NCBI RefSeq assembly: GCF_009914755.1
Contig: NC_060929.1
Direction: 5' to 3' (one strand)
Origin: the human T2T-CHM13v2.0 reference genome, Homo sapiens
DNA: 64,000 nt
How positions within the stretch are numbered: position 1 is the stretch's first letter; each line of letters opens with the position of its first letter. The notes beneath the pieces are model-generated. The model made no database searches, had not been told where the DNA came from, and worked only from the letters and a program-made list of their open reading frames with translations. A program made the position numbers and the translations under genes. Of this stretch, positions 35,442 through 59,560 are shown piece by piece.

Positions 35442-37381
35442 CTATCTCAGGTATTTTCAATTCTGAGATGTGTTCTACAAAGTCTCTCAGAGGGTCTCAG
35501 AGGGTCCTCCCCAGAGGACTGAGCCCCATTTGCCCACACTAATGATGTACTCATTTAAAAGCCCCTTCTTAGCTTACCTCCCTTTCTTGTCTCACTCTCC
35601 CATCCCCTCACTGGGATTTCTGGGATGAACTTCCATATAGATCCACTTGCACACAATATTTGCCTCTGGCCCTGCTTGGCAATAACCCCATCTTGCCTAT
35701 CCCAGAAAATGGTTTTTAAAATAATAAAGAGGGAAGTCATAAGCTACATTGCTAAACTCCAGAAGTGCCAGGGCTATTTTCCTCACTACTAAATACCCAG
35801 CACTCAGTACAATACCTGGCACATAGCAAGTTTTCAGTGACAATTTGGTAAATGAATAAATAAATGAACAGATGAATTTGACCTTAGCTACTGATGCTCA
35901 TAAAGAATTTATACTGAGATATTTGACAAAGTTAACATGCTCTAATGATATCAAAAGTTAATTCCCTCTCTTCTGTTCATTTCCTCTTTTCTGGGTAATT
36001 TTGGAGTGGCTGAAAAGGACCCAGGGTCTCTAGGACCCTTTCTTGCTTCAAGTCCTGCATCCCTTCTCCCTGAGAACCCCAAACTCTAAGACGTTTTTAA
36101 ATACATATCACTGTCTGTTACTTTTCTGCTTTGAATTCCTTTGCTGTCTGTACTCACCTTTTGAAGTAACAACATCAATTAGCAGCTACAGCAAAAAGCA
36201 GTCACATTGCTGCCAATCAATGCCTTATGGGGTTTCCATGGTTTAAAAAAATTGCTAATGGACTCCAGAGCTTTTCCCCCCTCCTTCCCCAAGATGTGTA
36301 GCCAAGTGGGTGGCTTCTAACATGCCAGAGGAAAAACAGAAATAGAAAAAATAAGAGAAGAAAATTTCTATCAAGTATTTAAAAGAAATGCAAAGTTCAG
36401 CGGATTATTTCATGTGACTTGGTTTTCCAGTGACATCTAAAAGTGGTCACAATTATACCTGGATTAAGAGTTCCGGGGGGAAGGAGCCAAGATGGCCGAA
36501 TAGGAACAGCTCCGGTCTACAGCTCCCAGCGTGAGCGACGCAGAAGACGGGTGATTTCTGCATTTGCATCTGAGGTACCAGGTTCATCTCACTAGGGAGT
36601 GCCAGACAGTGGGTGCAGGTCAGTGGGTGTGTGCACCATGTGCGAGCCGAAGCAGGGCGAGGCATTGCCTCACTTGGGAAGCTCAAGGGGTCAGGGAGTT
36701 CCCTTTCCCAGTCAAAGAAAGGGGTGACGGACGCACCTGGAAAATCGGGTCACTCCCACCAGAATACTGCGCTTTTCTGACCGGCTTAAAAACCGGTGCA
36801 CCACGAGATTATATCCTGCACCTGGCTGGGAGGGTCCTACACACACGGAGTCTCACTGATTGCTAGCACAGCAGTCTGAGATCAAACTGCAAGGCGGTAG
36901 CGAGGCTGGGGGAGGGGCGCCCACCATTGCCCAGGCTTGCTTAGGTAAACAAAGCAGCCAGGAAGCTCGAACTGGGTGGAGCCCACCACAGCTCAAGGAG
37001 GCCTGCCTGCCTCTGTAGGCTCCACCTCTGGGGGCAGGGCACAGACAAACAAAAAGACAGCAGTAACCTCTGCAGACTTAAATGTCCCTGTCTGACAGCT
37101 TTGAAGAGAGTAGTGGTTCTCCAAGCACCCAGCTGGAGATCTGAGAAAGGGCAGACTGCCTCCTCAAGTAGGTCCCTGACCCCTGACCCCCGAGCAGCCT
37201 AACTGGGAGGCACCCCCCAGCAGGGGCACACTGAACTTCACACGGCAGGGTATTCCAACAGACCTGCAGCTGAGGGTCCTGTATGTTAGAAGGAAAACTA
37301 ACAAACAGAAAGGACATCCACACCAAAAACCCATCTGTACATCACCATCATCAAAGACCAAAAGTAGATAAAACCACAAAG

Positions 37382-38399
37382 ATGGGGAAAAAACAGAACA
37401 GAAAAACTGGAAACTCTAAAAAGCAGAGCACCTCTCCTCCTCCAAAGGAACGCAGTTCCTCACCAGCAATGGAACAAAGCTGGATGGAGAATGACTTTGA
37501 CGAGCTGAGAGAAGAAGGATTCAGACGATCAAATTAACTCTGAGCTATGGGAGGACATTTAAACCAAAGGCAGAGAAGTTGAAAACTTTGAAAAAAATTT
37601 AGAAGAATGTATAACTAGAATAACCAATACAGAGAAGTGCTTAAAGGAGCTGATGGAGCTGAAAACCAAGGCTCGAGAACTACGTGAAGAATGCAGAAGC
37701 CTCAGGAGCCGATGCAATCAACTGGAAGAAAGGGTATCAGCAATGGAAGATGAAATGAATGAAATGAAGCGAGAAGGGAAGTTTAGAGAAAAAAGAATAA
37801 AAAGAAATGAGCAAAGCCTCCAAGAAATATGGGACTATGTGAAAAGACCAAATCTACATCTGATTGGTGTACCTGAAAGTGATGGGGAGAATGGAACCAA
37901 GTTGGAAAACACTCTGCAGGATATTATCCAGGAGAACTTCCCCAATCTAGCAAGGCAGGCCAATGTTCAGATTCAGGAAATACAGAGAATGCCACAAAGT
38001 TACTCCTCGAGAAGAGCAACTCCAAGACACATAATTGTCAGATTCACCAAAGTTGAAATGAAGGAAAAAATGTTAAGGGCAGCCAGGGAGAAAGGTCGGC
38101 TTACCCTCAAAGGGAAGCCCATCAGACTAACAGCGGATTTCTTGGCAGAAACCCTACAAGCCAGAAGAGAGTGGGGGCCAATATTCAACATTCTTAGAGA
38201 AAAGAATTTTCAACCCAGAATTTCATATCCAGCCAAACTAAGCTTCATAAGTGAAGGAGAAATAAAATACTTTACAGACAAGCAAATGCTGAGAGATTTT
38301 GTCACCACCAGGCCTGCCCTAAAAGAGCTCCTGAAGGAAGCGCTAAACATGGAAAGGAAAAACTGGTACCAGCCGCTGCAAAATCATGCCAAAATGTAA
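37382..38399 (+). pseudogene. L1-C ORF1p (frameshift/stop near 37535-37562)
   Basis: MGKKQNRKTGNSK... interrupted; C-terminal 248 aa open. Confidence 0.92.
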
Positions 38400-38462
38400 A
38401 GACCATCGAGACTAGGAAGAAACTGCATCAACTAACGAGCAAAATAACCAGCTAACATCATA

Positions 38463-42284
<3,822 letters not shown>

Positions 42285-42699
42285 ACAATGAGATCACATG
42301 GACAGAGGAAGGGGAATATCACACTCTGGGGACTGTGGTGGGGTGGGGGGGGGAGGGATAGCACTGGGAGATATACCTAATGCTAGATGACGAGTTAGTG
42401 GGTGCAGCACACCAGCATGGCACATGTATCCATATGTAACTAACCTGCACAATGTGCACATGTACCCTAAAACTTAAAGTATAATAATAAATAAATAAAT
42501 AAATGTTACTGAAAAAAAATAAATAAAATAAAATAAAATACTCAAAAAAAAAAAAAGAGTTCCATGGCCTGCGGAAAAATGAGAGACTACTTTTCAGAAC
42601 TCACACCTGCCATTCCCTAGTTTGGGGTCAGTGATTCTCCCCCTCCCCAAAATAACAACAACAAAACCCTCCCCAGAAAGTAGTGGTGCTTTCCTCTGA

Positions 42700-43050
<351 letters not shown>

Positions 43051-44286
43051 TGAGCCACCTGAGACACAGAGATATTGCTACTTGCTTAAGTCCATAGAGC
43101 ATGTCAGGGACAGAGCTGAGATCACCTCCCTAATCTTCTGATTCCTCCTGATGCTTCTCTGCTTGTTGTCTCCTTACATCTTGTCAACAGGGCAAAAAAT
43201 AGTTATACGGGAAATATGTGCATAAGTATATATGTAAGTGAATTTTCATGGTTTATTATTTAGGCTTTTTGTCCAGTTGCCAAGGATCTTACAAGAGATT
43301 AACTGCACATATTCCCTAACCTAAAGATTCTTCTTAATAATGTGTGCCTCATCCTGTTTTCCTTGTTTTATATTTTAGGGATTGCAAATCTATTGAATAT
43401 AGATTCTCTACTAGTTATATCTCTTTCCGGGTCTCAGTAAGATAAGTAAGTTGAACAAATTTAATCACTAGAGGTTCTTAAGTGGAAAATTATGTGGTCC
43501 TAATAATTTTTGTGGTAGTTATTGACCAGGAGCATGGGTTTTTCTTGTATACTGTTGTTTCCCAGGGTCTAACACATTTCGCCATACCATATTTCCTTCA
43601 TCTAAGATGTGCACTGACTAAGAAAATCACTAAATGTTTGTGGAATGGATGAATTCATAATGAGAGAATGGAGGCTTGGATGCATCTGTCTTCAGAAGGA
43701 GTGGACTTCTTACACTGTAATTGTTTGTGATAATAAATAATGTTGGCATAGTCCAGAGGAGAATTTCAATAACTTAAATATGTAAAACCCAGGACCTTAA
43801 CCTACATGTTTTTAGTTATCTATATAATAATCTATATAATTAATTCATTCATAAATTCAAATTCCATGAATTTCAATTATTTTCTCTTTCATTCACTTAT
43901 TAATTCATGATTTACTTAACTCATTCAGTTAACATTTATTGAGTCCTAACTATATGACACTCCTTCCCCAGATTAGCTTACTTCTTAAATGGCTTACATC
44001 TTAAATCAGAGAGAAAAATAATAACAAAATTTAAAATTCACTGGAGAAAAATAATAGTCAGATTTCATATTATGCAAAGTGGTCTTTCCTACATTAGTAA
44101 GCCAACCTATATCAACCAAGATACTAATCAATAATCATTACCTATAAAAACATTTAAAAAATAGATATTGTGAACCAGGACCAAGGAGCATGTAGCAGAA
44201 AATGTTAGGTCAGGCTAGCAAAGTGTTCTTTTAAAAAAATTCTAAATTTGTACAGGTTTAAGGTATATAAGTGTAATTTAATTCTT

Positions 44287-50332
<6,046 letters not shown>

Positions 50333-50490
50333 AGTGTAATTTAATTCTTAGAAGCATTGAATGATTACATAAACCTACCTGTAGAGATATTCTAAAACAG
50401 ACTGAATGATTGCTCACAAGGGGTACTCTAGGTTAGTTGACCTTAGGAATGTTGAGGTCAGTAAAGTTTTTAAGAGGCTCATGAAATATG

Positions 50491-50601
50491 TTGATCCTTC
50501 CCTAAGAAAACTCCCTACACATACATATAAATACAGTTGTGTATTTGATCCTTCCCTAAGAAAAATCCCTACACATACATATAAATACACATACATATAA
50601 A
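50491..50601. repeat. 54-bp-period tandem duplication
   Basis: ttgatccttccctaagaaaa(c/a)tccctacacatacatataaataca at 50491 and 50545. Confidence 0.92.
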
Positions 50602-52601
50602 TTTCAGTTCAGTTGATATATCCTGATTTCCACTCATTAACCCTAGATTAAGCATATCCACTCTGGAAAGATTTTTGCATTTGGGTTACATTTTTAGGTC
50701 CTTAGAGGTGTGATAGTCCACGTTTTACCACGCCACATTTCCTCTACCTAAGATGCACTTATTTATTCCCTCCATTCTCATATTAATGCTTCTAAAATTG
50801 GGATGAGTTTACCAATCAACGTGTACACTTAATGCAGTTAATTTTTTGTTTGTTTTCTAAAAAGCTTTTATTAAATCAATGGTGCAGTCACACAATCAAT
50901 AGCATCTTTGATGTAAGAAAACACAGTGCAGCATTTATTGGATGATGTATTTGTCATTGCTAAAAATAAAAGTAAAAACAAGATGTCTGCCTTCAAAGAG
51001 TTTCCAATTAAACAAAAATCTAGACCAATATTTGTGAAATAAGAATAATATCTAATAACACACCCTTGCAAATAATCATTTGTTAGGTGGACATTTTTCA
51101 GAAAAAGGAGGCATCAGTACAGGTCAGAAAAAAAAAATAAAAAGAACTTGAGATGGAGCTTGTAACTGGAGCTGGTGAGAGGTGAGTCGAAGTATTCTAT
51201 AATATTCAGTCCAATGAGGTAGTTGTGGGATTGAGAAAAATAGGTTTTTAAATCTGTCAGCAATTTATTTTAGCTGTTGCAGGTGAGTTATTCAAATTAT
51301 CGTTGAACTTATAAAAATGATAGCATGGAAAAGGGTATCAAATATCTTTTCTGCATTCTATATTGAAGCTAGAATTTGTTTTTCATGCAGGTATATTCTT
51401 TGTTTTGAGATATCACTGTGATGACTCATTTAGTCATAGATATTTCTGGCAAGCATCTACTCATTGTTCTCAGAAAACACGGAGACAGTGACATATTCTA
51501 TATGCTTCAGGCCAAGCATTCTGAATATAAAAACATCATTCATGGCGCATACAGCTGTACCCCTGAAAAGTTTATTATATTTTCAATGACGACCACATCC
51601 TTCACTCCTGAACTCCCCCCTCCAAAAAAAAGAGAGGGATATTTGAGTCTAGATTCGGAGTTGAGAAGACTAGATTGGGGTCTCTAATCCATAGGGGCCA
51701 ACTGGCGCCTGTGGACTGGAGCTGATAAGCAAGAGATGACTATCATAGGACCTTCCATGGGAGTCACAGTTATTCAATTTTACAGCAATTCTTTCCAATA
51801 ATCAGTTTCATTTCTCCTTCATCTCTGTACTATAATTTCTCTATCCCTAGCTATTGCAAACTAACAGAAGGCCTACGTCATGGCCTGGGTCAAAGGAAAC
51901 CATAAAGAGTGGCAGCAGTATGAAGAAATGTTCTTAAGCTGTAAGAAGAGACTGATGACATCTAGAGAAATGGTTGATAAACAGCAACCAGGGAAAGTAG
52001 GTAAATTCCCAAAAGAGGCCCCAAAATGCACATGGAGAGAAATTTATTCATATTCATGAAGGATAGGGTGTATTCAATATTAGTAAAGTGCTAAAGAGAA
52101 ACATGACTCTGAAGGCCTCTGGGCTTTGAAACAGTAAATATATGTGTGCTTTTTTTGGAGCAAGGGTCCTTAGGTTCTAAGTATTCTGTAACACAAAATT
52201 TTTTTATAAACTATTTAACTAGACATTAAGGATGGCAGGAATAGGACAGACTAAAAAAAAAAAACGAAGGAGTTTTACAGAAAAAATGTTTTTTTTCTAA
52301 ATACATATTTTAAATATACCAAGGAAAACATTTTAGAATGTCAGCTACATGTTTGGTAATAGATTATATATAATTAGACTTTAAGACACACTATATTATC
52401 CTTCTTGAAAATCATTGGCTCTTTGTTCCAGTGCTTTCCCAGCAAGTCAACAGATAATGCAGCTGCCCTAGGGAGCTTATTCTTTGAGGAAGGTTGCAAA
52501 GCCCTGGGCACCTGGCTAATTAAGAGCCATTTATCATTTTAGGGTTCTACAGTATTAAAACATGCCAAGCATTAAAAGTGGAATACATCCTAAGGAACTA
52601 A

Positions 52602-52603
52602 AC

Positions 52604-52644
<41 letters not shown>

Positions 52645-52700
52645 TATACACACATACACATATATACACATATACATACACATATTTATATATAGATATA
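52602..52700. repeat. (CA)n/(TA)n compound microsatellite
   Basis: Seen directly in the sequence. Confidence 0.95.
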
Positions 52701-53264
52701 AATGTGGATGAATAAAAATGTTCATCTTAGGTTTATATATTATAGCAAAAAACTGAACACTGAAAACAACCTAATTGAAAACCACTTAATATCTAATGTA
52801 CAGAATTCTTTTACTAAATTACATTGTATCCATATGATGAAATATGATGCAACCATTAAAAATTATACTATATCAAAATGTTAATAGCAACTATTATTAA
52901 TAACAAGAATGATAAATTCTGGATATTGTAGCTTCTTTTCTATTCTCTTTCTTTTTTTACTGATCTATTTCTGCATTTTCTAAAATAGTCATGTTTAATT
53001 GTTCTAGCAGGCAAAACAATAGAAGTTGTTAAAAGTGGGTAGGGAAGAATATTTGTGATCATGGAAAAACAATTCTATATTACTAAGTGAAAAAGGAGGG
53101 TATAAAGAGTACTTGCAGGACAATGTCATCTGAAATGTAGACATGTACAGAAAAAAATATTTAAAGGGAATGTGGTAAAATGTTGATAGGTAATTATATT
53201 TATTATATTTTTCTTTGTCTTTTCTTATATTTTTCAAGTTTTCTGCACTGAACATGAGGTTCCT

Positions 53265-53312
53265 TTTTGTTTTTTGTTGTTGTTGTTGTTGTTTTGTTTT
53301 TTGTTTTGTTTT
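53265..53312. repeat. (TTG)n/(TTTTG)n simple repeat
   Basis: Seen directly in the sequence. Confidence 0.9.
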
Positions 53313-54147
53313 ACAGAACTAAGGGGTACTAATGTCATTATCAGGTTATTTCTACTTTAACAAACAGCCCTGTCTAAGGATTGGTTAACCTTATGTGGCC
53401 ATTCCCTTTAGCACCCTTTGCAAAGATTCCAAAAATGTCAGCCATAATTTAAGCAAACAGCACTCTCTGTGGCCCACTGAGAGGCCTAATTTAGGCTTTG
53501 TGAAATGGCCCCTGTACTGGTGTCCCCATCTGGTATGTGTGCACATGTACATATACATGCATACACACACATATGTATCACATACACACACACATAAAAT
53601 GACAAATGCTATCTTGATTCTTCCAACAAGCTTTTAGATTTTCAGCAACTTAGCAGAAAGAAGCATTGAAATATGTTAATACTTACTGTCTCCAAGATCA
53701 ACACTAAATGAGAATAAAATATAAGACTACACAGACCAGAGGCAAAAATAGTAGTCTTGGCCAAATTTAGCAAAGTTTGACTTATGGGTATGGAACTTTA
53801 AAATGAGCAATTTTAATATGCATGTGACTAATCCCCAGAGTGAATGCCACTACTGCTCCAGCCAGCTTGGGATCCTCTGTACTTTCCTTGGCTTTCACGG
53901 CTCTCTTGACCAAAATAGTCTCCTTCTTGTTTCTCTTTACTGTGAGAGCCCACCCATTTTTTAAGGTTGCCAAAACAACCCTGAGGGTATCAACTGGAAG
54001 AGTCCCATGTAGAAACAGATGGGACACTTCATGGTGAACTTTGAGGGAAACTTAATAAAGCACTTTTTACCAAGTTGTAGGCAAGTTCAGGGACACTAAC
54101 AAGATATAGTGTAGTATCCCAAGACTAGTAACAGGAGGAGACTTATG

Positions 54148-55720
54148 GAGCAGGTCCAGGGTTTGTGGGACCTGATTGTGTATTCATTTACTCATATTAC
54201 GTTTCTGTTTCAGAAAAAAGATACAAAATTCCAAATACAAAATTAATAATGCAAATGAATGTTTTCAAATGAGAAAATACATTACAATAACATACGCTTA
54301 GATGAAACTACCACAAATACTATAAAATCTAAAAACATATATAGACATGTTAATTGCCTAATGAAGTACTATAACACTTTTGCCCTACATTTTTGGCTAC
54401 ATACTCTGATTACCTCCTCAAATGACAGTGGTTTGCTTCATAAGTTGTTGTTGGTAATGTCATGCATATTTTAAAAATTGACATCAAAATTGGGAAAACT
54501 TTGAGTTTCTTTTTATGATTAACTTTAATTTTATAACTTGTTTTAGGTAATGTCACATAAATGTTCAGGATTATTTTGAAAGCTGGGAAAATATTTACCA
54601 CTTTTGTTTTCACATGTGTCCTATAAAGATTTGGAAGAAATTTTCACAGATTAGCTTCTGGCTCTGCATATTTCAAATGTTACTTCTCCACTAGGACCCA
54701 GGTGCTTCTGGGTCAGGCTCCGAAGGACATATGGCAATTCAGCCTCTGGTGATGCATTTCTGTATGGTGATGGCAGATGAACTAGTAGAGTAGATCATTA
54801 AAGTGACTGCAAATCATGTAAAATTATATGCCAGGTTGAGATTTAGTATCTAAGTAACTAAGTATATCCAATGCAAGTTCCTCTGAGTCAGATCCTCCAA
54901 TTTCCCATTGGAGGAATACTCCATATTATCAGATACAAAGGGTAATATGACAAAAAAAAGTGAGAGTAGAAGGAGACATCAGTCTTATTCAATATGAATT
55001 GTAATATCTGTGTTAGTTTTCTGTCGCTGCCTAACAAATTACCACCAACTTGGAAGCTTAAAACAATATCTATTTATTAGCTCACAGTTCTGTAAATCAG
55101 AAACCCAGTACCATGTGGCTGGGTTCTCTGCTCAGGGCATGAGAAGACTGAACTCACAATGTCAGGCTGAGTCCTCACCTAGATGCTCTAGGAGAAATCT
55201 GCTTTCGAGTTATTCAGTTTGTTGGCAGAATGTAGTTCCTTGCAGCTATAGGACTAAGGGCTTCCTTTCCTTGATGGCTGTCAACTTGGAGCCTCTGTTA
55301 CCTTTTTAAAGTTGCTTGCATTATTTCTCAACACTCTCCATCTCCAAGCTAGCTATGGAACATCCAGTCTTGCTCATGCTTCAGACTCCTCTGACCTTCT
55401 CTTCTGCCCCCAGTTGGAGGAAGCTCTCCACTTCTAAGAGCTCATATGATTAGATAAGCCTACCGAGATAATCTCCCTATCTTAAAATAAACTGTGCCAT
55501 ATAACACAGCATCATCATATCTTATAATAGTCACAGGTCCTGGGAAATCGGGCAGGAAATCTTGGGGATCACTTTTAGAATCCTGCCTACTACAAGACTT
55601 AATTTTAGCAAAGTATCCAAGCAACATATGACCATATCAGCACATTGCTAGGGTCCCTTCCAGGGTTTGGAAGGCATCTGTGCAATGAAGGATATGGAAG
55701 TTCAAGGCTAAGTCCATGTC
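54148..55720. mobile_element. OldhAT1/MER53-related hAT fossil inserted in a MaLR-type LTR (~53960-56040)
   Basis: gagcaggtccagggtttgtgggacctga..agaaaaaagatacaaaatt..atacaaaatta resembles a MER53 terminus. Confidence 0.55.
55009..55594 (-). mobile_element. MLT1 (D/E-like) solo LTR
   Basis: tgtgttagttttctgtcgctgcctaacaaattacc..tttattagctcacagttctg ... ttagaatcctgcctactaca. Confidence 0.75.
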
Positions 55721-56909
55721 CGAGTTTTGATAGCTCTACCCATTCAGGGGTAAGAAGGGAGAGCAGTTATTGGAACCCCCAAATATACCAGTATGGAGCT
55801 GTGCTGTAGTGAGGGATGCAGCCAATCTGTAGTGACCTAGCATGAAGGGAGTCACAGGAATAAATATTCCAGTCTCACTCTCCTGGGATCTCCTCTTGAC
55901 ACCTTCCATTTGCCAAACTCACTGTAAGCCAGAAAACAAGGAGCTCATTGACATGGCCCAGGCATTACAGGTTCCCTGTCCACATAGCAGAGTGGAGAAG
56001 CCAGAAAATCGATCTGGAGAGGCAAAAGGAAACTGTTCAGCCCATTGATCAATCCCTTTCTTCAGTCCTTTTGTGCTTATTGACTAATGCTATTGTGTTG
56101 GCATTTATTTTATCCTGCCTTTTAGTATCTGAATTATTGTGTTGGTGGATCATGACATCCCCTCCCCCAGATTGCAAATTACACGAGGGAGAAAACATAA
56201 CTTTTACTTTAATTTTATAATCCTCAATACAAAGAATGTTATTCAGTTGGCCTTTACCATCTCTGTTCCTGACCTCTCTCTAGAGATCTAGACTAGAATA
56301 TCTTAATGACCGAAACATCTTCAAATTTCACATGCCCACAACTGACAGTTTTACCTCTCACTCATACTCTTCCCTCTTTTATTCCTATCTTTGTAAATGT
56401 CACTATCACCTCTCAGTCCCCAAAGCAAGTAACTTTGGTAATATTGACACCCCTCTACATTACCCCAATAACTCTCATTCAATCTTTTGTCAAGTTTTCT
56501 AAGTGTTTATCCATGTCATTTCTGTCCACTCCATTCTCTCTCATATAAATTACTGCTCTGTCCAAATCTCTATCAGCTTTTTATTATGCTATTTACTACT
56601 ATAGCCTCCTAAGTGGTTTCCCATTTGCAATCCCTCACTTTTTAAATCCAATTGTGGTTCTGGCACTGGAATTATGAGTCCACAATACAAATGGGATTAT
56701 ATCAAAACATTTTTGGATGGGTCCAGTGCCAATAAAATAAAATCAAGATTCCTTGGCTTGGCATTCAAGGACTCCTGCAGTCTGGCTCAATTCCACCTTG
56801 CCAGCTTCATCCAACCTGATTTTCCTCCAGATATCTTATGTCACTTGATTTCTCCTAATGTACACTCACACCAGCATCTCTAACTACAGGGGACTTCTAA
56901 CTTATCTTT

Positions 56910-57068
56910 AGTGGTGTGCTGGTACTGATTTGTAATATTTGCCCATTTCCATGATGTAAATAGTCTCATTATGGCCAATTTCAAACTACCAATTAGATGT
57001 CATTGGACAAAGAGTTGGGAAGAGACATGCACATTCCATTCTCATGAGCCAGTTCTACCATATCACTG
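56910..57068. mobile_element. MER63A-like hAT fossil
   Basis: Terminal inverted repeats agtggtgtgctggta ... taccatatcactg. Confidence 0.65.
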
Positions 57069-58859
57069 CCTGTTGTCTGCTTCTAGAAATTCTACACATC
57101 CTTCAAATGTCAGATCCAGTGAGTCTGTCTTCTAGAAGACTCCTATGATTCTACCTTTTATGCTGACTCTGGACCATTTAGAATCACTCCCTCCCCTGTT
57201 CTGTCTTCTCATTGGATATGACTTGAACCTATTTGCAGTACATTTTTTATTCTACCTTAAGTCCTAAGCAACACGTTAGCAAACAATAATGCCCATCTAA
57301 AATGCATGATGATTTCCTTTGTAATATATGTTGTTTTGGGTTTCTCAGGTCAACAGACTCTGCTTTAGACTTAGAACTACTCTTTACTATGGTTATGCTT
57401 TTGTTACTCTGTGAAGAGATCTATAACACACGACATACACAGCATTGGTTTCTTTCATTCTTCCACTCAGTGAACAAGAGTCAAAGGGCCATGAGATACC
57501 ATGAGATCAGAAGAACATGGCTGTCAGAATCTTGAGATCCTACTGACTCAAGAATTCAAAGTCACAGGGATGGGCAAAATGTTATCTCAAACCTAGCCCA
57601 CAGAAATATATTTTTCCTGAAGTTGTACAGCTCACGTTACTTCCCTCATTACATCTTATAAAATTTAAAGGGTGTATGTTTGGAGTTCAACAGACCTGAG
57701 TTAAAGTCCTGGCTCTACCCCATTCTAGCTAGATGACTTTGGACAAGTTATTGACTCTCAATGCCTCAATTTCCTCGTGAGCAACATGGAAGCATTCATA
57801 TGTAAGTTTGGAGCTATCATACTCATTAAATAAGATAATACTTATAGATTATAATACAGTGATGAGTTCCCTAGTCAGTTCAGTGGTGGTGGTAGTAGTA
57901 ATTAACATGATAGTGTATTTTATAATCTATATCTGATAATTAATAATTCTTTTAAGCTTTTATTTTCAGTGTAATTGCAATTCTAATGTGAAAAATATTC
58001 ATGTTCTACTTGTGCTCATTTATTCCACATCTTTCCTGGCAGCAATGGGCATCCACGAAGCAGGCATGTATATCACTTTTGCTATCCTGACCCTTGAGTG
58101 TAATTATCCAGTCTCTGTAGTTAATGTATGGTATCTGCAGTCATTACCATTTGTAGTTCTTAATCTCTCCTTCATCATTCTGGCTGCCTTTGGCTAAGAA
58201 GCATTATTCACGCATTTACAATCAACTCTCAAAAACTCAGCTGTGTTATTTGACCTCATATTTCCTCTCTCTTCCCACTTCATTAGTTATATTTTTATAG
58301 AATGGTCACCTTAAACCCACAAAGAGAGGTAGGAGCAGATAGAGAAAAAAAATCTCTAGTTGGATCAACTAATGATTCAAGTGCGGATAAAACAGGGACC
58401 TAGTCTTTTAAACCAGTATTTTCTTGCCTTCACACCTCTCCTGGATAAGCTAGGTGGAGGTTCTCCCACCACAGTGAATAGACAGAAGAGCATCCTTCTA
58501 AAACGTTCCTGATGAAGGTTTATTTTCCTGAGCCAGGAGTGTCCTCAATACACCATGAGCCCTGCTATCAAATATTTGTAGAAGATAAGTGGCTCTGAAT
58601 CACAACTGCTTTGAAGCCAAAATCATTTTTGACAGACACTTTCTGCCACCCTACAATGCCAAGTTAGGTCAGCACTAACAATTCTGACAACAGGTCAATT
58701 TATTTGATTATTTTATTACATTTCACAACTAATTTTTTCTCTGGGAGTTCACCAGGGTGTCACATGATTTGAAGTTTGTTGTTATTAAAGTGTACTATTG
58801 AGGTATTTTTAAATTGCTATACTGGTTTATGGGAAATACTTCCTGGAAAATATTCTAGG

Positions 58860-59045
58860 CCAGTGACTCTCAGCCTTAGCTACACGTTAGAATTAACTGG
58901 GGGAGCTTTTGAAAAAAATCCCAATTTCCAGCCTACATCACAGAGCAACTCAATAAGAATTTCTGGGCTTGAGACCCAGCCACTAGTATTTTTTTTAAAA
59001 CAGCTTAAGTAATTCCAATGGGTTGCCAAGATTGAAAACCACTAT
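58860..59045. mobile_element. MER5-like fossil
   Basis: cagtgactctcagcctt..ttagaattaactggggg..ccaagattgaaaaccact. Confidence 0.6.
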
Positions 59046-59154
59046 TCTAGGCTAAGATGATCATGGCCATAATCTAGGAAAGTAGTTCTCAAACATTTTC
59101 TATTTGTTTGTTTGAAGCAAGGGCATTCTTTTATCAAATAAAATTGTAAATCAG

Positions 59155-59560
59155 ATGTGACAGACTCTTCTGCTCTGGAATGTGGGCTGAACTTAAAATC
59201 TACCTTCTAATTAATAGAATACCATAGACTAACACACAAGTAATAGGATGTCACTTCTGATATTAGGTTACAAAAACACTGTGTTTTCCATCTTGGATTC
59301 TCTTGTTCTCTCTTGGATCACTTACTTCCAGGGGAAGCCAGTGGACATGCCATAAGACAACCTTGTAGAAAGTCCACAGGAATGAGTTGGGAAGTGGGTT
59401 TTCTGAGATCTGCCAACTGCCATGTGAGTTAGCTACTTCTTGGAAACAGATCCTACCCAGATCAAGCTTTGAAACAACTGCAGCCTCTTGAACAATCTAA
59501 AGCCAGAACAGCCCATCTAAGATTCTTCCAATCCCCAACCCACAGAAACTTTGTGAGGTT
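59155..59560 (+). mobile_element. MLT1-type LTR fragment
   Basis: gaatgtgggctgaac..ggggaagccag..aacccacagaaactttgtgag. Confidence 0.6.

Noticed and set aside
36853-36927. L1 ORF0 in the full-length elements
   Set aside because: Stops at codon 25 in L1-C (CGA>TGA); the start codon is mutated to ATC in L1-B (~17275).
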